A stretch of DNA of 63,588 nt, filler included, from Octopus bimaculoides (taxonomy: Eukaryota): NCBI RefSeq assembly GCF_001194135.2. It is 4 parts of 4 records of this genome, joined end to end, with 100 filler letters (N's around TTAATTAATTAA, not from the genome) between each part and the next. Parts side by side here need not be neighbours in the genome. Positions count along the whole stretch, not along the records: positions 39,172 to 60,484 come from NC_069004.1; positions 60,585 to 63,588 come from NW_026406425.1; 2 more parts are not named here. One strand, given 5' to 3'. The position numbers and the translations under genes are program-made. Shown piece after piece: positions 52,106 through 63,588 of this stretch. The first letter of the stretch is position 1. Each line of letters starts with the position of its first letter. The notes below the pieces were generated by a model. That model was not told where the DNA came from. It saw nothing but the letters and a program-made list of their open reading frames with translations, and did not search any database.

Positions 52106-52676
52106 TGTTGTTGGCACTCCGTCGCTTACGACGTCGAGGGTTCCAGTTGATCCAATCAACGGAACAGCCTGCTTGTGAAATTAACATTCAAGTGGCTGAG
52201 CACTCCACAGACACGTGTACCCTTAACGTAGTTCTCGGGGATATTCAGCGTGACACAGTGTGACAAGGCTGACCCTTTGAAATACAGGCACAACAGAAAC
52301 AGGAAGTAAGGGTGAGAGAAAGTTGTGGTGAAAGAGTACAGTAGGGTTCGCCNNNNNNNNNNNNNNNNNNNNNNNNNNNNNNNNNNNNNNNNNNNNNNNN
52401 NNNNNNNNNNNNNNNNNNNNNNNNNNNNNNNNNNNNNNNNNNNNNNNNNNNNNNNNNNNNNNNNNNNNNNNNNNNNNNNNNNNNNNNNNNNNNNNNNNNN
52501 NNNNNNNNNNNNNNNNNNNNNNNNNNNNNNNNNNNNNNNNNNNNNNNNNNNNNNNNNNNNNNNNNNNNTTTTAGGTGTTTTCGCTCAATAAACACTCACA
52601 ACGCCCGGTCTGGGAATCGAAACCGCGATCCTATGACCGCGAGTCCGCTGCCCTAACCACTGGGCCATTGCGCCTC
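52106..52676 (-). mobile_element. Full-length SINE family D with 10-bp TSD (gap inside)
   Basis: TSD ATATAAATGT at 52096-52105 and 52677-52686. Minus-strand head GAGGCGCAATGGCCCAGTGGTTAGGGCAGCGG...GGTTTCGATTCCC; short (AAC)n tail. Confidence 0.9.
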
Positions 52677-52723
52677 ATATAAATGTATATAAAATATATT
52701 TGTGTAAAATATAAAATATGTAT

Positions 52724-52930
52724 GACTGGCCTTCGTGCCAGTGGCACGTAAAAAGCACCCACTACACTCTCGGAGTGGTTGGCGTTAGGAAGGGCATCCA
52801 GCTGTAGAAACTCTGCCAAATCAGATTGGAGCCTGGTGTAGCCATCTGGTTCACCAGTCCTCAGTCAAATCGTCCAACCCATGCCAGCATGGAAAGCAGA
52901 CGTTAAAGGATGATGATGATGATGATGATG
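52724..52930 (+). mobile_element. SINE family C copy
   Basis: Matches 13230-13442, ending in (GAT)n. Confidence 0.9.
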
Positions 52931-53085
52931 TATGCATTTGTTTGTATCAGTGAGTTTGTATTCCCCCTCATTTCCATGTGTACTCACTGGTTGCTAACAA
53001 CAGCCTTATTATTTTTCAAGCAGCCAATGTCATTTGTTTCTGGTTCAATACATAACCCACATTCAAGCCCTTTGTTGTTTGATAG

Positions 53086-53130
53086 GCCAGGAGGTGAAAG
53101 GCCAGGAGGTGAAAGGCCAGGAGGTGAGTA
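53086..53130. repeat. 15-bp tandem repeat, about three copies
   Basis: (GGCCAGGAGGTGAAA)2 GGCCAGGAGGTGA. Confidence 0.9.
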
Positions 53131-53307
53131 GCTCAAGAAGAGCATTCAGCCAGAGAAAACTCTGCCTCGACATGCACTCATCTGATCCATGCAAGGATGG
53201 AAAAGTAGACGTTAAAAATAATAAAGAACAGTAACATGTGCAAAGGTGTGTGCATGTGCACACACATGCATTTATGTGTGCATTTAATATATTACACAAA
53301 CAAAAGC

Positions 53308-53512
53308 ATCAAGCAGGTAGAATCGTTAGCACACTGAGCAAAATACTTAGTGGTATTTCGCTCCTCTTTACATTCTGAGTTCAAATTCTGCCAAGGTCAA
53401 CTTTGCTTTCATCTTTTTGGGGTCGAAAAAATAAATACCAGTTGAACACCGGGATTGATGTAATCGGTTTCCCCCCTCTCACAAACTTGCTGGCCTTGTG
53501 CCAGAATTTGAA
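53308..53512 (+). mobile_element. SINE family A copy
   Basis: GTAGAATCGTTAGCAC...CTTGCTGGCCTTGTGCCAGAATTTGAAA. Confidence 0.9.
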
Positions 53513-53652
53513 ATGAGTGTATTACAAAAATATGCAACACTCACAGAGTACTTAGAAAGTAATCGAATTTCTAAACAGAAATCAATACAAATCTGACTGT
53601 TCATAAGGATATGTATGTATGTATGTATACACTTGTGTATGTGGGTATACAT

Positions 53653-53683
<31 letters not shown>

Positions 53684-53684
53684 G

Positions 53685-53747
<63 letters not shown>

Positions 53748-54199
53748 GTATACACTTGTGTATGTGGATGTACATGACATATATATATACATTTATATAT
53801 NNNNNNNNNNNNNNNNNNNNNNNNNNNNNNNNNNNNNNNNNNNNNNNNNNNNNNNNNNNNNNNNNNNNNNNNNNNNNNNNNNNNNNNNNNNNNNNNNNNN
53901 NNNNNNNNNNNNNNNNNNNNNNNNNNNNNNNNNNNNNNNNNNNNNNNNNNNNNNNNNNNNNNNNNNNNNNNNNNNNNNNNNNNNNNNNNNNNNNNNNNNN
54001 NNNNNNNNNNNNNNNNNNNNNNNNNNNNNNNNNNNNNNNNNNNNNNNNNNNNNNNNNNNNNNNNNNNNNNNNNNNNNNNNNNNNNNNNNNNNNNNNNNNN
54101 NNNNNNNNNNNNNNNNNNNNNNNNNNNNNNNNNNNNNNNNNNNNNNNNNNNNNNNNNNNNNNNNNNNNNNNNNNNNNNNNNNNNNNNNNNNNNNNNNNN

Positions 54200-54262
<63 letters not shown>

Positions 54263-54294
54263 ATGTATTTATATACACACACACACACATACAC

Positions 54295-54452
54295 ACAATG
54301 GGCTTCTTTCAGTTTCCATCTACCAAATCCACTCACAAGGCTTTGGTCAGACTGAGGCTATAGTAGAAGACACTTGCCCAAGATGCAATGCAGTGGGACT
54401 GAACTTAGAACCATGTGGTTGGGAAGCAAACTGCATACCACACAATCACACC
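54295..54452 (-). mobile_element. 5' half of SINE family B
   Basis: Reverse complement of the family B head. Confidence 0.85.
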
Positions 54453-54969
54453 TATATTTATATATATATATATGTATATATACACACACACACACACACA
54501 CAGCTGTGTGCGTGTGTAAAAGAGTTTAAGCACTTAAATACGCGTTCGTATGTCTATACATGAATATAGAATGTGTGTGGGTGTGATTTTATTTTTATTT
54601 TATTTTTATTTTAGTCTGAAATTTTTTTCAAATTTCTTTATTTCTTTGCATTGCTTTACGTTTCGTTTTCATTTCATGTCATTTCTTTTCATTTGGTTTA
54701 TTAAATTTCATTTATATATTATCTTCTGCCTCAGCTTCTTCCATCGGCTCTCCTCATACCACTGCACCAATCTAATAACCATAGGAAATGCGCTAACAGA
54801 CCGACCGACCTGCCATGCAATGGCAATCAAGTTAGTTTCTTCTTCACAGTGAAATCGTAGAACTTTCAAGCTCAGTCACAGAAATATGGCTCTGCATATC
54901 TATCAGTCTCTAACTCTTTCACCCATTGTCTCATCTCCTCTTTCTCTCCATCGTTCACTCTCTCTGTAA

Positions 54970-55008
<39 letters not shown>

Positions 55009-55088
55009 CATATGTATGGATATATATATATATTTATACATATATATATTTATACATACATATATACATATATACATACATACACACG

Positions 55089-55148
<60 letters not shown>

Positions 55149-55201
55149 CACATATGTATGGATATATATATATATATATTTATACATATATATATTTATA
55201 T

Positions 55202-55232
<31 letters not shown>

Positions 55233-55289
55233 TACATACATACATATATATATATACATACATACATATATATATATACATATATACAT

Positions 55290-55324
<35 letters not shown>

Positions 55325-55592
55325 TGTGTGTCTTTCTAACTATGGCTTAAAGATGAAAAGATTTGGATGGACAATCAAGACAGGAGGCAAAATCAGACGG
55401 GTAGTGGGAATAGGGGGGTAGTGTAAGAAGGAACGAAAAATCTGGGGGAAGGAGAGAGGGAGAGGGAGAGAGGAAACATAAGCACAGACAGAAAGCAAGA
55501 GAGAGAGAGAGAGAGAGAGAGAGAGTAAGAGACATAATACAATTGCTACATGACCTTTGCAGCTAAATATAACTACTGCTGCTATTACTACA

Positions 55593-55639
<47 letters not shown>

Positions 55640-55824
55640 CAACAACAACAACAACAAAAGGAAGAGGTTTGAATAGCTGAAGAGATTACATGTATCTTCA
55701 CCACCATTTTTTTGCCCATTTTCCATGCTGGCATGGGGTAGGACAGTTTGAGAGGATTCAATGGGTCAGAGGAAAACATCTTCCCGAAATGTGTATATAT
55801 ATATTTACACACACACACACATAG

Positions 55825-55982
55825 GTATGGTTGTGTGATAAGAAGCTTGCTTCCGAAACATATGGCTCTGGGTTCAGTCCCACAGCGTGTAACCTTGGCC
55901 AAGTGTCTTCTATTATAGCTTTGGGCCAACGAAAGTCTTGTGAGTGGATTTAGTAGAGGGAAACTGAAAGAAGCCTGTTGTA

Positions 55983-56031
<49 letters not shown>

Positions 56032-56230
56032 ATGTGTCTTTTTGTTTGTCCCCGACTACCACTGCTTGACAACTGGTGTTGGTGTGTTTGCATCCCTGTA
56101 ACTTAGCGGTTTGGCAAAAGAGACCGATAGCATAAGTACCAGGCTTAAAAAATAAGTCCTGGGTTGATTTGTTCAACTAAAAGTTCAAGTGCTGCCCCAG
56201 CATGGCGACAGTCTAATGATTGAAACAAGT
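55825..56230 (+). mobile_element. SINE family B copy with internal (TA)n
   Basis: Head, microsatellite and 3' half intact. Confidence 0.9.
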
Positions 56231-56629
56231 AAAAAAAAAAAGATAAAAAACATACACATAGATATATATAATACACATACATATATGCACACACACACAC
56301 ATATATATACACACACACATGCATATAACCTTACCAGTTAAATATAAATAGATATTACTACTACTACCACCACCACCACCACCATCACACAAACAACAAC
56401 AGTGATAGGAACAATTTCAATAGTGATGGTAGAACAGTCTTCACTCCAAGAGAAGCTATAACTAGAACAGCAACAACAGAAACAGAACTGTAACAACAAC
56501 AACAAGAGCACAGCAGCAGCAAATAATAAGAAAGAATTACTTGGAAGACAGAAGACAGGAGGCATGAGACGGAGGACTAAAGACAGATGAAGAACAGAAG
56601 ATTGAAGGAAAAAGACTGAAGACAAGAAG

Positions 56630-56750
56630 GAGAAGGAGAAGAAGAAGAAGAAGAAGAAGAAGAAGAAGAAGAAGAAGGAGAAGAAGAAGAAGAAGAAGAA
56701 GAAGAAGAAGAAGAAAAAGAAGAAGAAGGAAGAGGAGGAGGAGGAGGAGA
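56630..56750. repeat. (GAA)n/(GGA)n microsatellite
   Basis: Directly visible. Other large simple repeats occur at 24770-25260, 54970-55330 and 55585-55655. Confidence 0.95.
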
Positions 56751-57121
56751 GTGAAACTCATTTATGCATAAATCAATGATTTAATTATGAGGAAAACTAG
56801 TTCTAGGGAAAAAAAAAAGAGAAAAAAAGAATTCCTCCATTGATATGAAGAATTATTTTCTGAAGACCTATTCCATCCTCACCCCTTTCCGTTTTATTCC
56901 ATTAATTCACCACACTTCCTATTCCCCTTCTCTATTATTATTATTATTATTATTGTTAGCATCAGCATCGTCATTCCCCTGACCAGTGTGAAGAGAATGG
57001 TCTTTGCCATTGCAGTGATGGAAACATAAGGGTTTGGCAGCAGAAAATAGATGCTATCTGCTCCAGCACTCTATTCCTGCATTTGCACAGCAGAATACCA
57101 GAACGATCAGATAATCATAGC

Positions 57122-57163
<42 letters not shown>

Positions 57164-57279
57164 CTAGACATTTAGTCCAACAACAATTGCTCTAACAATT
57201 CTTCCAGTCCCCCATCCTTAATAATAATAATAATCACAACTGTTTTTGCATTATTATTATTATTGTTATTATTATTATG

Positions 57280-58145
57280 GTGGCAAGCTGGCTGAATCAT
57301 TAGAATGCCAAGAAAAAAAAATGCTTTGTGGCCTTACTTCCAGCTTTTTGCATTCCAAGCTCCAAAGGCACCAAGGTCAATCTTGCCTTTCATCCTGTTT
57401 GGGTTGATAACGTAAGTACCATTTGTGCATTAGAGGCACCGCCCACCATCAATTTCAGGTTTTGTGCTCATAGCAGAAAGGATTATTGTTGTTATTATTA
57501 TTATTATTATTATTATTAAGGTGGTGAGCTGGCTGAATCATTAGCGTGCCAGACAAAATGCTTGTGGTATTTCACCCATCTTTTCATTCTGAGTTCAAAT
57601 TCCGCCTAGGTCAACTTTGCCTTTCATCGTTTCATTTTGTTTTTGTACTGAAAAACACTTTTCAGATCACTCATAAGTTTATTTTGTTTAACTGAGTGGC
57701 TGTGTGGTAAGTAGCTTGCTTACCAACAACATGGTCCTGGGTTCAGTCCCATTGCATGGCACCTTGGGCAAGTGTCTTCTACTATTGCCTCAGGCCAACC
57801 AAAGCTTTGTGAGTGGATTTGATAGACGGAAACTGGAAGAAGCCCGTCATATATGTATGTATGTATATGTATATGTTTGTGTGTCTGTGTTTGTCCTCTA
57901 CAACATCGCTTGACAACCAATGGTGGTGTGTTTACATCCCCGTAACTTAGCAGTACTAGGCTTACAAAGAATAAGCTCTGAGGTCGATTTGCTCGACCAA
58001 AAGCGGTGCCCCAGCATGGCCACAGTCAAATGACTGAAACTAGTAAAAGAATAAAAGAATATTATTTTGTTACCAAATTGATTAAGATTTGGAATAAATG
58101 TAATTTTCCTCCCCCTTCTCCTGAAATTGCTGGCTTTGTGCCAAA

Positions 58146-58186
<41 letters not shown>

Positions 58187-58400
58187 GGCAGTGAGCTGAC
58201 ACAATTGATAGCATGCTGGGTAAAGTGCTTAGCAGCATTTTGTCCCTCTTTACATCCTGAGTTCAAATTCCACCAAGGTCAACTTTGCATTTGACCCCAT
58301 TCGGGATCAATAAAATAAGTACCAGTAGAATACTGGGGTTAATGTAACTGACTTACCCTGTTCCCCAAAATTGCTGGCTTTGTGCCAAAATTGGAAAACG
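57280..58400 (+). mobile_element. SINE A copies in (ATT)n tracts with a SINE B (57695-58050) between them
   Basis: Family A 5' ends follow ATTATTA at ~57278, ~57518 and ~58185; family B is near full-length. Confidence 0.85.
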
Positions 58401-58649
58401 ATTTATGCTTATTATTAGAATTATTATTGTTTTTATGAGCAACAGCAGCAGTAATATTTTGTCTTTGTTCTGAAAAAGACCTTTCAGGTCACTCATAAGT
58501 TTATTCTGATTAACTGTGTTTTAACACAAAAACCTGGTAAGGAGGCTTCTGAATACCTTAGGTCAATCAACATCTCCAATACTTAAACTGCTGTCCTTAC
58601 AATAGTTAGTTTTAGCTCTACCTTCAAGGACTGGATCAGGTGTGGGGAG

Positions 58650-58900
58650 AATGCACTGTTGCTGAACATGGCTGCATTTGCCATTTATCAGTATATTCCC
58701 AGGTCCTCCTGGGTGACGCATTGGGCAGAGTTCCAGTCAGTCCCCATCCCTGCGGAGTATCCCCTCATCTGCTGTGACCATATGGAACGTGGTGGGCCAA
58801 CATGAGCCATCAATCCAGCTGGATCATTAGTGAAGAGAACACAGCAAGCAGGGTCTAACTCAGAAAATTGACCATCACACCAAACAGTCTGAGCTGACAC
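58650..58900 (-). mobile_element. RTE-type LINE extreme C-terminal remnant
   Basis: Minus strand ECQLRLFG / FSELDPACCVLFTNDPAG...GPPRSIWSQQ...EDLGIY resembles ERQLRLxGHVARxPExDPAxxxL...GRPRxSW. Confidence 0.65.
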
Positions 58901-59205
58901 TCCTAAATAATACAAGAAACAGGATGCATCCTAGTTTCTAAATAGAGAAACATCTGTCAGTGGCTAGAGTGAATGGCCACTGATCAGAACCATTTAGTAT
59001 CATGCATGCAATCCATCAAGATTATTTCATACCATCTCTTTGGTATGTATGGACTCTCAAACCACTACTGGAGAGAGTAGAGATTGTTGATGAGCATCCT
59101 GTGTGAACTAGGATGTAAAAAATCAGTCAACATATCAGATGGTAAATTACTATTTTTAAATCTTACAACGAGAGATATTCAACAACAGTAATTTGTAGTA
59201 AAGAT

Positions 59206-59384
59206 TGTTTGCCAACATAACATGGCAGATATTGTTTTGAGCTGAGTGGGGGTGCTAAATTCCCTTGTTTGGAAATATAAGGACACAGATAGAGTCGTAT
59301 GGCCAGCTGGAGACGATGTCTCCTGAGACTAAATTACAGCAATGCTCGTCCTAAACCAAGACTGCCATGTTATGTTGGCAAACA
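59206..59384. mobile_element. 179-bp element with perfect 23-bp terminal inverted repeats
   Basis: TGTTTGCCAACATAACATGGCAG (59206-59228) and its exact reverse complement (59362-59384). A further copy starts at 63554. Confidence 0.75.
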
Positions 59385-60453
59385 TAAACAACCAAATTAG
59401 TGCCAGACACCAAACACATCTAGGTGATTGGTACTGTTCCAAGGAGTACAAGGTGATAAGAGGAGCAGAAATCAACCATGAAAAGTCAATGGGGCTAGCA
59501 GTTTCACAGCTTGACAGACAGGTTCATACCATCCAATAACACCATGGAGGTCCAGACAGCACCATGGCAGTCAAGACAGACAGGTTCATGCCATCCAAAC
59601 AGCCCTACAGAGGTCTAGACAAACAAACCAGTTCAATAGCTTAGGATCTGACTAGGTCAGGCAGTGGTTGCTAATGGCTACACTGCATCCATCATCTATC
59701 ACCACTTGACCATTCTGTCTGATCCAGTTCAGGTCAGACATGACTGACTGCCTTGATCTTCTTTCTTTCTTTCTTTTTTTTTTGTTTGGAATGAATATTC
59801 ATTCCACTGGTTAAGTACTCCATTTGCTGTCAACACCTACTACCTGCAGGAATGGCTTTCTGGTACTGATGAAACACAGCCATGTGACATCTCCAGCAAT
59901 TCCTTGGACACTTGTGGTCATTGGCTGCTAAGTTTTTCTCCAGCCTGTATCACTGACAGAGCTGCAACCCTGGTTCAAGTAAAGACAGACACAAAGCGCC
60001 CAAAACACATACAGGCACAAAAAATGTATGCATACACATCCATTGTTTTAAAAATATTACAATAAAATATTATACACACACATAGATGAATACAGATGTT
60101 TGTGTATGTGTATATGTATACATGTATGCATGAATGCATACATGTATATATATATATGTATGTATGTATGCATGTATGTTTCATTTGTACATAATTATGT
60201 TCCATTTGCCAAAATGGTTTGCAAGGCACCAGCAGGCCTCAAGAGACACATTCATGTCCAATAGAATATGATTACTGCTTTATTTTACTGAACCCACATT
60301 TGTCATTCATGAGTGAATCCATCATCAACATATCATTAAGTGTGTGTGTATGTGTGTGTGTGTGTGTGTGTATACATGTGTACACACACATCATCATTTA
60401 GCATCCACTTTCCATATTGGCATGTATACATACATATATATATATATACATAC

Positions 60454-60484
<31 letters not shown>

Positions 60485-60584
60485 NNNNNNNNNNNNNNNN
60501 NNNNNNNNNNNNNNNNNNNNNNNNNNNNTTAATTAATTAANNNNNNNNNNNNNNNNNNNNNNNNNNNNNNNNNNNNNNNNNNNN
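60485..60584. other. Artificial scaffold-joining linker
   Basis: 44 N + TTAATTAATTAA + 44 N. Confidence 0.95.
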
Positions 60585-60847
60585 ATTAACGTGCATGTGG
60601 CTGAGCACTCCACAGACACGTGTACCCTTAACGTGACAAGGCTGACCCTTTGAAATTACAGGCACAACAGAAACAGGAAGTTAGAGTGAGAGAAAGTTGT
60701 GGTGAAAGAGTAGAGCAGGGTTCGCCACCATCCCCTGCCGGAGCATCGTGGAGCTTTAGTTGTTTTCGCTCAGTAAACACTCACAACGCCCGGTCTGGGA
60801 ATCGAAACCGCGATCCTATAACCGCGAGTCCGCTGCCCTAACCACTG
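60585..60847 (-). mobile_element. SINE family D copy with small internal deletion
   Basis: Near-identical to the aligned parts of 52190-52665 but lacks about 32 bp between CCCTTAACGT and GACAAGG. Confidence 0.9.
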
Positions 60848-61407
60848 TATATAAAAAAACATATTTCACACTGCATGCAAATTACCATGATAATAATAAA
60901 AAAAAAAACTGGATTTATGATGCAGTCGAATCTATATAACAGCGAAAATACGAGACCGAAATAATTGTAAGCAAAGATAATTCGCATTATGATGCATATA
61001 TTAATGGAATTGTTATGCGAATTAAATTATTACTAAATTATTTTTGATTGATTACGTGTAAATTTATAAAAATTACCATTCATAGATTGAATTATTGCAA
61101 AAGATGATATTAGTATTCGTACACAATTGTTTTGTTAAAATTGAGCATACGATAAGTTAACTTAATTTTATTCAGCTGAATACACGTCATTGATTGGTTG
61201 AAATTACCGAAATACTTTAACACGAAATAACTCATGAGAAGTGCGTGAGGTCGGCCATGTCTCAATCTCGTGTGTGTTGGTACATCCGAAGCGCTGCTTC
61301 TAAGTTATGCATTATTCGTGCAGCTTCCTTTTTCCCCCCCTTTTTCAGGTGCATAATATCAAAAAATGAACCTACACGCATCCAGATGTAACTAAATAAT
61401 ATATTGA

Positions 61408-61587
<180 letters not shown>

Positions 61588-61814
61588 TAGGCATGGCCGG
61601 CTGCTGGTCTTCCAATTACAGTGTCCGGACTTGTGCTTCGGAGGGTAACTTTCTTGGTGCAATCCTATGGTCATTCATAACCAATGGGCGGTGGGGGGTC
61701 TTTACTTTACTTTTAATAAACCATCTTCGTGGTGGTGGTGGTGGGTAAGAAACAAAGATACACACACACACACAAATAAAAATTTGTATATCTACGACAT
61801 ATTTCCATACAATT

Positions 61815-61947
61815 ATTCTAATAAATTCACCCATAAGGTATTGGTCAACCTGAGGTTATCGTAGAAGACACTTGGCCCAAGTGCCACGCAGTGGGATTGA
61901 ACCTCAAACAATGTGGTTGAAAAGCGAGTTTCTTAACCACGCAGCCC
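61815..61947 (-). mobile_element. 5' half of SINE family B
   Basis: Reverse complement of the family B head. Confidence 0.8.
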
Positions 61948-61959
61948 AGCAGATGTTAT

Positions 61960-62002
61960 AGAACAGAATAGAACAGACAGACAGTGAGATAGGTAGACAG
62001 AC

Positions 62003-62053
<51 letters not shown>

Positions 62054-62056
62054 TAA

Positions 62057-62097
<41 letters not shown>

Positions 62098-62620
62098 CGG
62101 ACAAACAAATAGCTAGACGGCCAAACAAAATAGATAGACAGACAGAAAGATACATAGATAGATGGACAGATAGACATTCAGACAAATGAAAAGTTAGATA
62201 GATAGATAGATAGATAGACAGATAGACACATAGAAAAATCGAGAGATCGATAGAAGGATAGGCAGACAGACAGACAAGCAGATAGACAGACATACAAACA
62301 AACAAACAAGACACACAGACATAGTTTTATAGATGGACATACAAACAACCAGACAGACGGACAGACAAACAGATAGATAGGTAGACAGATAGACTGACAG
62401 ACAGACAGACAAGCTGCTAGATAGATAGACAGACAAACAGATAGACACATTAGCAGATAGATTGATAGACAGACAAGCAGACAGACAGACAGATAGACAG
62501 ACAAAAACACATAGGTCAACAGATAGACAGACAGACAGATAGATAGATAGATAGATAGATAAACGGATAGCCAGACAGACAGATTAAAAAATAGATAGAC
62601 ATATAGATGGATAGATAGAC
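61960..62620. repeat. Degenerate (GATA)n/(GACA)n satellite, about 660 bp
   Basis: Directly visible. Source of the SIYL/SVCL pseudo-ORFs. Confidence 0.95.
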
Positions 62621-63191
62621 AGTCACGTACAAATTGCGATTAAAGAACTTTACTCCCTTCTCTCTGCCTCTTTCTCTAACCACATATATACATAAAAACG
62701 GTGACCTTATGCTCAAAGTTACAAAACAACATTAGTTTTATGATGTATCTTATTGAAAAACGATGATCTATACGTTTTTCGTCCTGCACGGCAAATGACC
62801 GTAACATATTGTTCTCTAAAAGAATTTTTCGAACCTACGATCACAGACGTTCACTTTGATGATGTTTATGGATATCTGTAGCGAGCTGCTTGATGGACAA
62901 CCTTCGACTTTTCCCAACCAAGGGCTTATTTTAATCCGATATTTGCACGCAATTATTTGTAGCTTTATCTGCATCAGGTTTCACCGTTAACAAAGGCATT
63001 ATTTATTATACATCCTCTCGCACTCTCAAAATTTTCATGACGTAAACAACATGCTATTCTTCGTTGATAAGAACAAAGCTTTTAAAATGAATGGAGAAAT
63101 TCGAAGGGCTGCGTTTAGTACAACTGCCAAAATCTTCGTCATGTTTACAGAAAAAGTGGGTTTCAGTCACCTTCGACTTTCTGACTTCCAA

Positions 63192-63415
63192 GGGCGAGCT
63201 GGCAGAATCGTTAGCACGCCGGGCGAAATGCTTAGCGGTATTTCGTCTGCCGCTCCGTTCTGAGTTCAAATTCTGCCGAGGTCGACTTTGCCTTTCATCC
63301 TTTCGGGGTCAATTAAATAAGTACCAGTTACACGCGGGAGATCGATGTAATCGACTTAATCCCTTTCTCTGTCCTTCTTTGTCCACTCTATGTTTAGCCT
63401 CTTGTGGTCAATAAA
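63192..63415 (+). mobile_element. Near full-length, CpG-retaining SINE family A copy
   Basis: GGCGAGCTGGCAGAATCGTTAGCACGCCGGGCGAAATGC...TTCTGAGTTCAAATTCTGCCGAGGTCGACTTTGCC...; used here as the family reference. Confidence 0.9.
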
Positions 63416-63588
63416 TAAACACCATTATAGTGTCGGGCTAACAATCATGAGGTAGTGAGTTCGATTCCTGGACCAGACACTGTATTTCACATTGCTCCAG
63501 TTCATTCAGCTGTAGAAATGAATTGTGACGTCACAGTGCTTTGTAATAAAGATTGTTTGCCAACATAACATGGCAGTCCTGGTTTAGG

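Noticed and set aside
44273-56960. Plus-strand polypyrimidine-AG sites followed by short open frames (44273, 46610, 50415, 54733, 56958)
   Set aside because: No donors or recognisable peptides; indistinguishable from chance without RNA data.
62780-63180. Very decayed mariner-like motifs (NAAL, HEN, LGWE) on the minus strand
   Set aside because: Motif spacing does not fit and no TIR was found.

Overview
AT-rich, repeat-dense metazoan genomic DNA. The SINE families and the [17 protein letters not shown]-type C2H2 finger point to Octopus (inferred, not searched). There is no complete protein-coding gene; the long ORF-track entries are artefacts of microsatellites and N gaps. The window is four pieces joined by artificial 44N-TTAATTAATTAA-44N linkers (21262, 39072, 60485). 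Supported content: dozens of tRNA-derived SINEs in about four families, often stacked in same-orientation clusters; a decayed Tc1 element with DD36E spacing; a 5'-truncated Penelope-like element (GIY-YIG C-terminus) ending in a hammerhead core cut off by a gap; an internally deleted Gypsy element with both LTRs; RTE and CR1/L2 LINE remnants; hAT and piggyBac-type MITEs; two decayed C2H2 zinc-finger loci. Best leads: a complete minimal type I hammerhead ribozyme fold at 49868-49910 whose flank is shared with a small TIR element, two 3n-length microexon candidates on the minus strand, a 135-bp-arm inverted repeat, and a hairpin-unit minisatellite. I cannot demonstrate a wholly new biological system from sequence alone. 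Repeat boundaries are approximate unless TSDs or TIRs are quoted.
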